Source of the DNA: Sarea resinae
Taxonomy: Eukaryota
DNA: 64,000 bases
Direction: 5' to 3'
NCBI GenBank assembly: GCA_026026165.1
Contig: JAPEUD010000078.1
Coordinates: 1-64,000 of the forward strand
Both the position numbers and the translations under genes were made by a program. Numbering within the stretch: the first letter of the stretch is position 1; each line of letters opens with the position of its first letter. Below the pieces are notes generated by a model. It was not told where the DNA came from. It saw nothing but the letters and a program-made list of their open reading frames with translations, and made no database searches. Below are positions 60,189 through 64,000 of this stretch, piece by piece.

Positions 60189-62270
60189 TCAGTGCACGTG
60201 GCTATGGGCCGCACAGCCCCACTGTCCCGCAGCCTGCTCTTGCCCTTCAGCACCGGCTCCTTCCTCGCCGTCTCTCTTGACCTTCCTCTTAAAGTCCCCG
60301 TGGTAGCAATCCAAGACGTCCAGAGCGCCGCCATGATCGGCTTCATCGGCCACCTTGCCCATCCAGCCGACCCGCTCACCGTCCATTTCTTGACTTACTC
60401 CTCCGTGGCCGCTGACGGCGTTGAGGGTGTCGAGCAGGGTGCCCTTCTCGCGCAACTCACGTGTCACGGACTCGACGTCGACGCCTAGGTAGTCCCGGAT
60501 GAAGGCGCCGATTTCCGTGTTCTCGTGGTTGCCGGTCAGGGCGCGTGCGATTTGGGGCGACGAGGAGTAGATGTTTACGTCGACGGCTGTATGATATATA
60601 TGTTAGCCTTGGTGGGTGGCGTGCTTGTTTGGTGAGATGTTGTGGTAGGGTAGAAGGCAATGGGGAATGCAAGAAAAGGAAGCAAAAACGGAGAAAGAAT
60701 GGAAACGTACCGGAGTGGCCATGCGTAGACCAACCCACTTGAGCGCGCCGGCTGACAATGTCCGCGAATATATATGCAGCGGCGCCGGGCTGGTCGACGA
60801 GAGACTGTATTTCGTCTTTGGACGCGTCGAAGACGCCGAGACCGTCTTGGAGGAGCGTTTGCACGTAGGATTTCATGTCTGAGGTTGAAGGAGAGGAAGA
60901 GGAGATGTGTGCTTGGAGGTCTGCGTGGAGATGTTCGGCGGAATGCGAGGCATTGGCCAGTACGCCGGGATACCAGAGGTACTCCGGGTAGGTCGAGTGG
61001 AGCTCTGTGAGGTAAGTCGTTAGTATCTGGCCTGTTGCGATTGTGCAAAGTAAAGGGATTCATTCTTACGTCTGGCGGTAGCTAGGCCTCCGGTCTCGTG
61101 GTCACTGGTACTGACCATTACACCAGGGGTGTCGGATTCGTCTAAGAACTCGACGACACTCTGGAATGCGTGGTCGTAGGCAAGGACCTCGTGTACTTGT
61201 GCAACAGGGTCGTTGGCATGGCCAGCATGATCGATCCTGCTTCCTTCGATCATCAGGAAGAACCCCTTATCGCTGTCCTTGGTGGCCTCGGTCAGAGCTC
61301 GCAAGGCCGTCCTCGCCATCTCGTCGAGTGATGGATAGATGTCTTCCTGGGTACGACGATCAACCTCGTAGGGAATGTCGTCTTCGGCGAAGAGTCCGAG
61401 CAGGGGAAGCTTGACACCACTGCCCATGTTCAGCCCGTCAAATCCCTGTCGGTCAGAGACGTAGCTGAAGCCATTCTTCTCGGCCATGCTGACCACATCC
61501 TTATCATCCTGCCGACACGAGCCATCGGTAGTATTCGGTAGGAAGTGGCAGCGCCCACCACCGAGAATCAGATCGACCATTCTTCCCAGAGGATAGTAGC
61601 CAACCTCCTGTTCAGCTATCCGGTCCTCCTCGCTGCGCATGTTAACATGAGCAGCAAAACAAGCTGGCGTCGCGTCGGTGATCCGCGTGGTAACGACCAG
61701 CCCTGTCATGTACCCTGCCTTCTTCGCAGCCTCTAGAACAGTACCGCAGGCCGAATGATCCGGTAGGACGGAAATTGCTCCATTGTAGCTCTTGAACCCG
61801 CACGAGAATGCCGTAGCACCAGCAGCAGAGTCCGTGACGAGGCTCGACGACGATCTGGTTCTCGAGCTGCCAATCATATGCCTGTCGAGAACAAGAACAT
61901 CGTCCAGCGGCAACCCGCTCTCGAACTGTCGGAAAGACCTGGTCAGGGACAAGCTCGTGGGGCCCATACCATCCGATACCATAAAGATCATGTTGCGCTT
62001 GCCATTAGGTTTGGGTGCCGCATCCTTAGACGACGTCTGTTGGTGCTCGTAAACAACGGCAAGCACTATCACGACGGCCGTAGCTAGAAGAGCCCAGACG
62101 AAGAGACCGATCTGCCGCCAGAAGAGCCAGCTGTGCTTCTTCTTCTCACGATCTCTGCGTGAGGTTCTTTCTCCTGTGAGAAGGGCATCTTCTTCGGCAA
62201 TGTCGCGGTCATCTGAATGGAAGCTCGAGGTGCGATCCGCCGAGAGTAACGGCTGCTGCCCTCCCGCCAT
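60189..62270 (-). CDS. pho8: Vacuolar/repressible alkaline phosphatase (type II membrane anchor)
   Basis: N-terminal TM segment; motifs IFMVSDGMG, VTDSAAGATAF, ITDATPA, MIEGSRIDHAGH, TSDHETGG, GWSTHGHS|AVDVNIY, GNHENTEIG. Two introns. Confidence 0.95.
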
Positions 62271-62751
62271 GGCAGCGTGGACCAAAAGGGTCGTAGATCA
62301 AAATTCGGTGATTATTGAAGATGCATGCAGTTTCGTCGATGGCAGCCAAGCATAGAACTTGAGGGGGCGGTGGATACGACAGATGAGACTCTCGAGGGGT
62401 TATGCCCAGGATGTTCCCAGGGTCGTCAACTGACGTTGGAGCTCCCGCTTGGCAGACGCTCACGATGATGTCCGAGCTCGGTACCGCAGATCTGACGTAC
62501 ATGGGCCGCCGTATCGTTGCTCATGTAGTACACTCCGATCTACTATGTATATCGACTTGCGATTGGCTCCATTTTCCATACAGCGAGCTGTTTCAATTAC
62601 CGTCATGGAGCAACATTTGATGAACCCTCGAGCAAATATAATGATTCCCCATCCTGGTCACAAAGTCAGACCAAACACCATGATTTAAATGTACAGCTTG
62701 CTGAGAATCAATGCTCTTGGTTGTGATGAGCGCGCTCTACGATCCACTGCG

Positions 62752-63524
62752 TCACCGAGGCTCCTTCCAACCGATGGGGATGAGTGCTGCGGCAACGTTT
62801 CCCACTCCTCTTTCTGTAGCCAAGAGATTGAACTGTGCGGCCGCATTCGCCGTATCCTGTACCTCAATCCTAACTCCTAATGAATTGAGATATGCTCGTG
62901 TTTGGGGAGAAATCGGCCCCATCGAAGGGCCGATTCCCAATATCAAAAGATCTTTCTTTGTTAGCGACCTGCCGAAAGAATAATGCTCAAGGTATTGCGC
63001 CAAGTAGACGGAGGATTGAACATACCAGGTTTCGGCCATACTAGGTCTAAGAGGCCCCAGGAGCTATGGTCCACATCCCACTGCCCCTTTGCATTCAAAA
63101 GCGCTTGCCTTCTGCCACCGGCTTCCCACGGTCTCCAGGTAAATGCTTCCCCATTCAACAGAAAGCAGCCGCTCCCACCAGCGATTTTGAGACCGCTATT
63201 CAACAAAAACCCATCCCTATGACAGGCATCAATGCCGGTGGTTGGTCCAGTAGAGCTTCCCAGAACATTCAAATCCTCAAACTCGGTTTGAGTATCTTCT
63301 TCTGATGAGGGGCCTCGGTATGAAGAGCTGGGCTTGGAAGAGGAATCAAGACGCCTGCTTGATGCGTGGTATTGCCTGAGGCTGCGCTTAGGAAGTAAGG
63401 GTGACTTATTCAGACATCGAAGAGAGCGGCTCTCGACATTATTTGATCGCAGGGAGAGAGTGCGAACGGATGAGGGAAAGGTAGAGCGAAGAGTCCGCGC
63501 GGTCTGGGCGCAAATATTGCTCAT
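62752..63524 (-). CDS. NDUFAF3: Complex I assembly factor NDUFAF3 (Mth938/DUF498 family)
   Basis: Mitochondrial presequence-like N-terminus; PKP|DLLILGIG, GVRIEVQDTANAAAQFNLLATERG..VAAALIP. Intron 63025-62952. Confidence 0.9.
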
Positions 63525-64000
63525 TGTCTAGATAACGAGGTCAGTTGAGAAGAACCTGACCGGTTCCAAATAAAGGCGAAGATACTACTTACAAATACTA
63601 TGTTATCGTTGCATTGATTTGCAGCTGGAGCGCTACTGAGGTCTGCCCATGCCGCTCGAGACGTCATCCAGTATACCTGAAAATGAATATTACGCTTTAC
63701 AGCAACCACCTATTGCGCACTTTGGCTGTCCTGAAGTGCAAGACCAATGCTACCCAACCCTGGATATCAGACAGTCATCAACACAAATCCATCGTACATG
63801 GCTACTTCAAAAGTTGACTTGGCCGGGTCATGTCGCTTGGCTGCCCAAGAATTGGTAGATTCGGCGTTCTAATTCGGTCCGAATCACCTAGATGCATCCC
63901 TATACTATTGAGTTGCGGGACGGATACTAGACTTTCAATATCTTTGAACGGACTGCTCTAGGACAAAAGCAAGACTAGGCGCAAGGGACCGGCAGAATAG

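Overview
Eukaryotic DNA from a filamentous ascomycete (Pezizomycotina-type GT-AG introns with CTRAC branch points, and RIP-like AT/TpA-rich islands). It carries about 19 protein-coding genes, mostly conserved housekeeping: a cNMP-binding/F-box/LRR protein, a GHITM/Bax-inhibitor protein, a TRI12-like MFS transporter, kinesin-8, MsrA, a Utr2/Crh GH16 transglycosylase, an RRM protein, proline dehydrogenase, an HMT1 ABC transporter, Rtc1/WDR24, a forkhead transcription factor, cactin, XLF/Nej1, Pho8 and NDUFAF3. There is also one intron-containing tRNA-Ile(AAT). The left 3.4 kb is repeat-derived: an intact 6-exon double-GFA/CENP-V gene sits between inverted copies of a RIP-degraded repeat, next to a degenerate intron-less tRNA-Ile-like element. 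The most unusual locus is an intronless 1282-aa orphan (55513-59361). In it, a Cys/His module appears split around a large disordered insert containing a ubiquitin-tail-like RLRGG motif, five [ST]WA[DE]x[VI] repeats, PAM2-like motifs and an RG-rich tract. A 99-aa protein with the same MC..C.H..C..C..CxxC pattern in compact form is encoded at 23210-23509. All assignments come from reading motifs by eye; no database searches were run.
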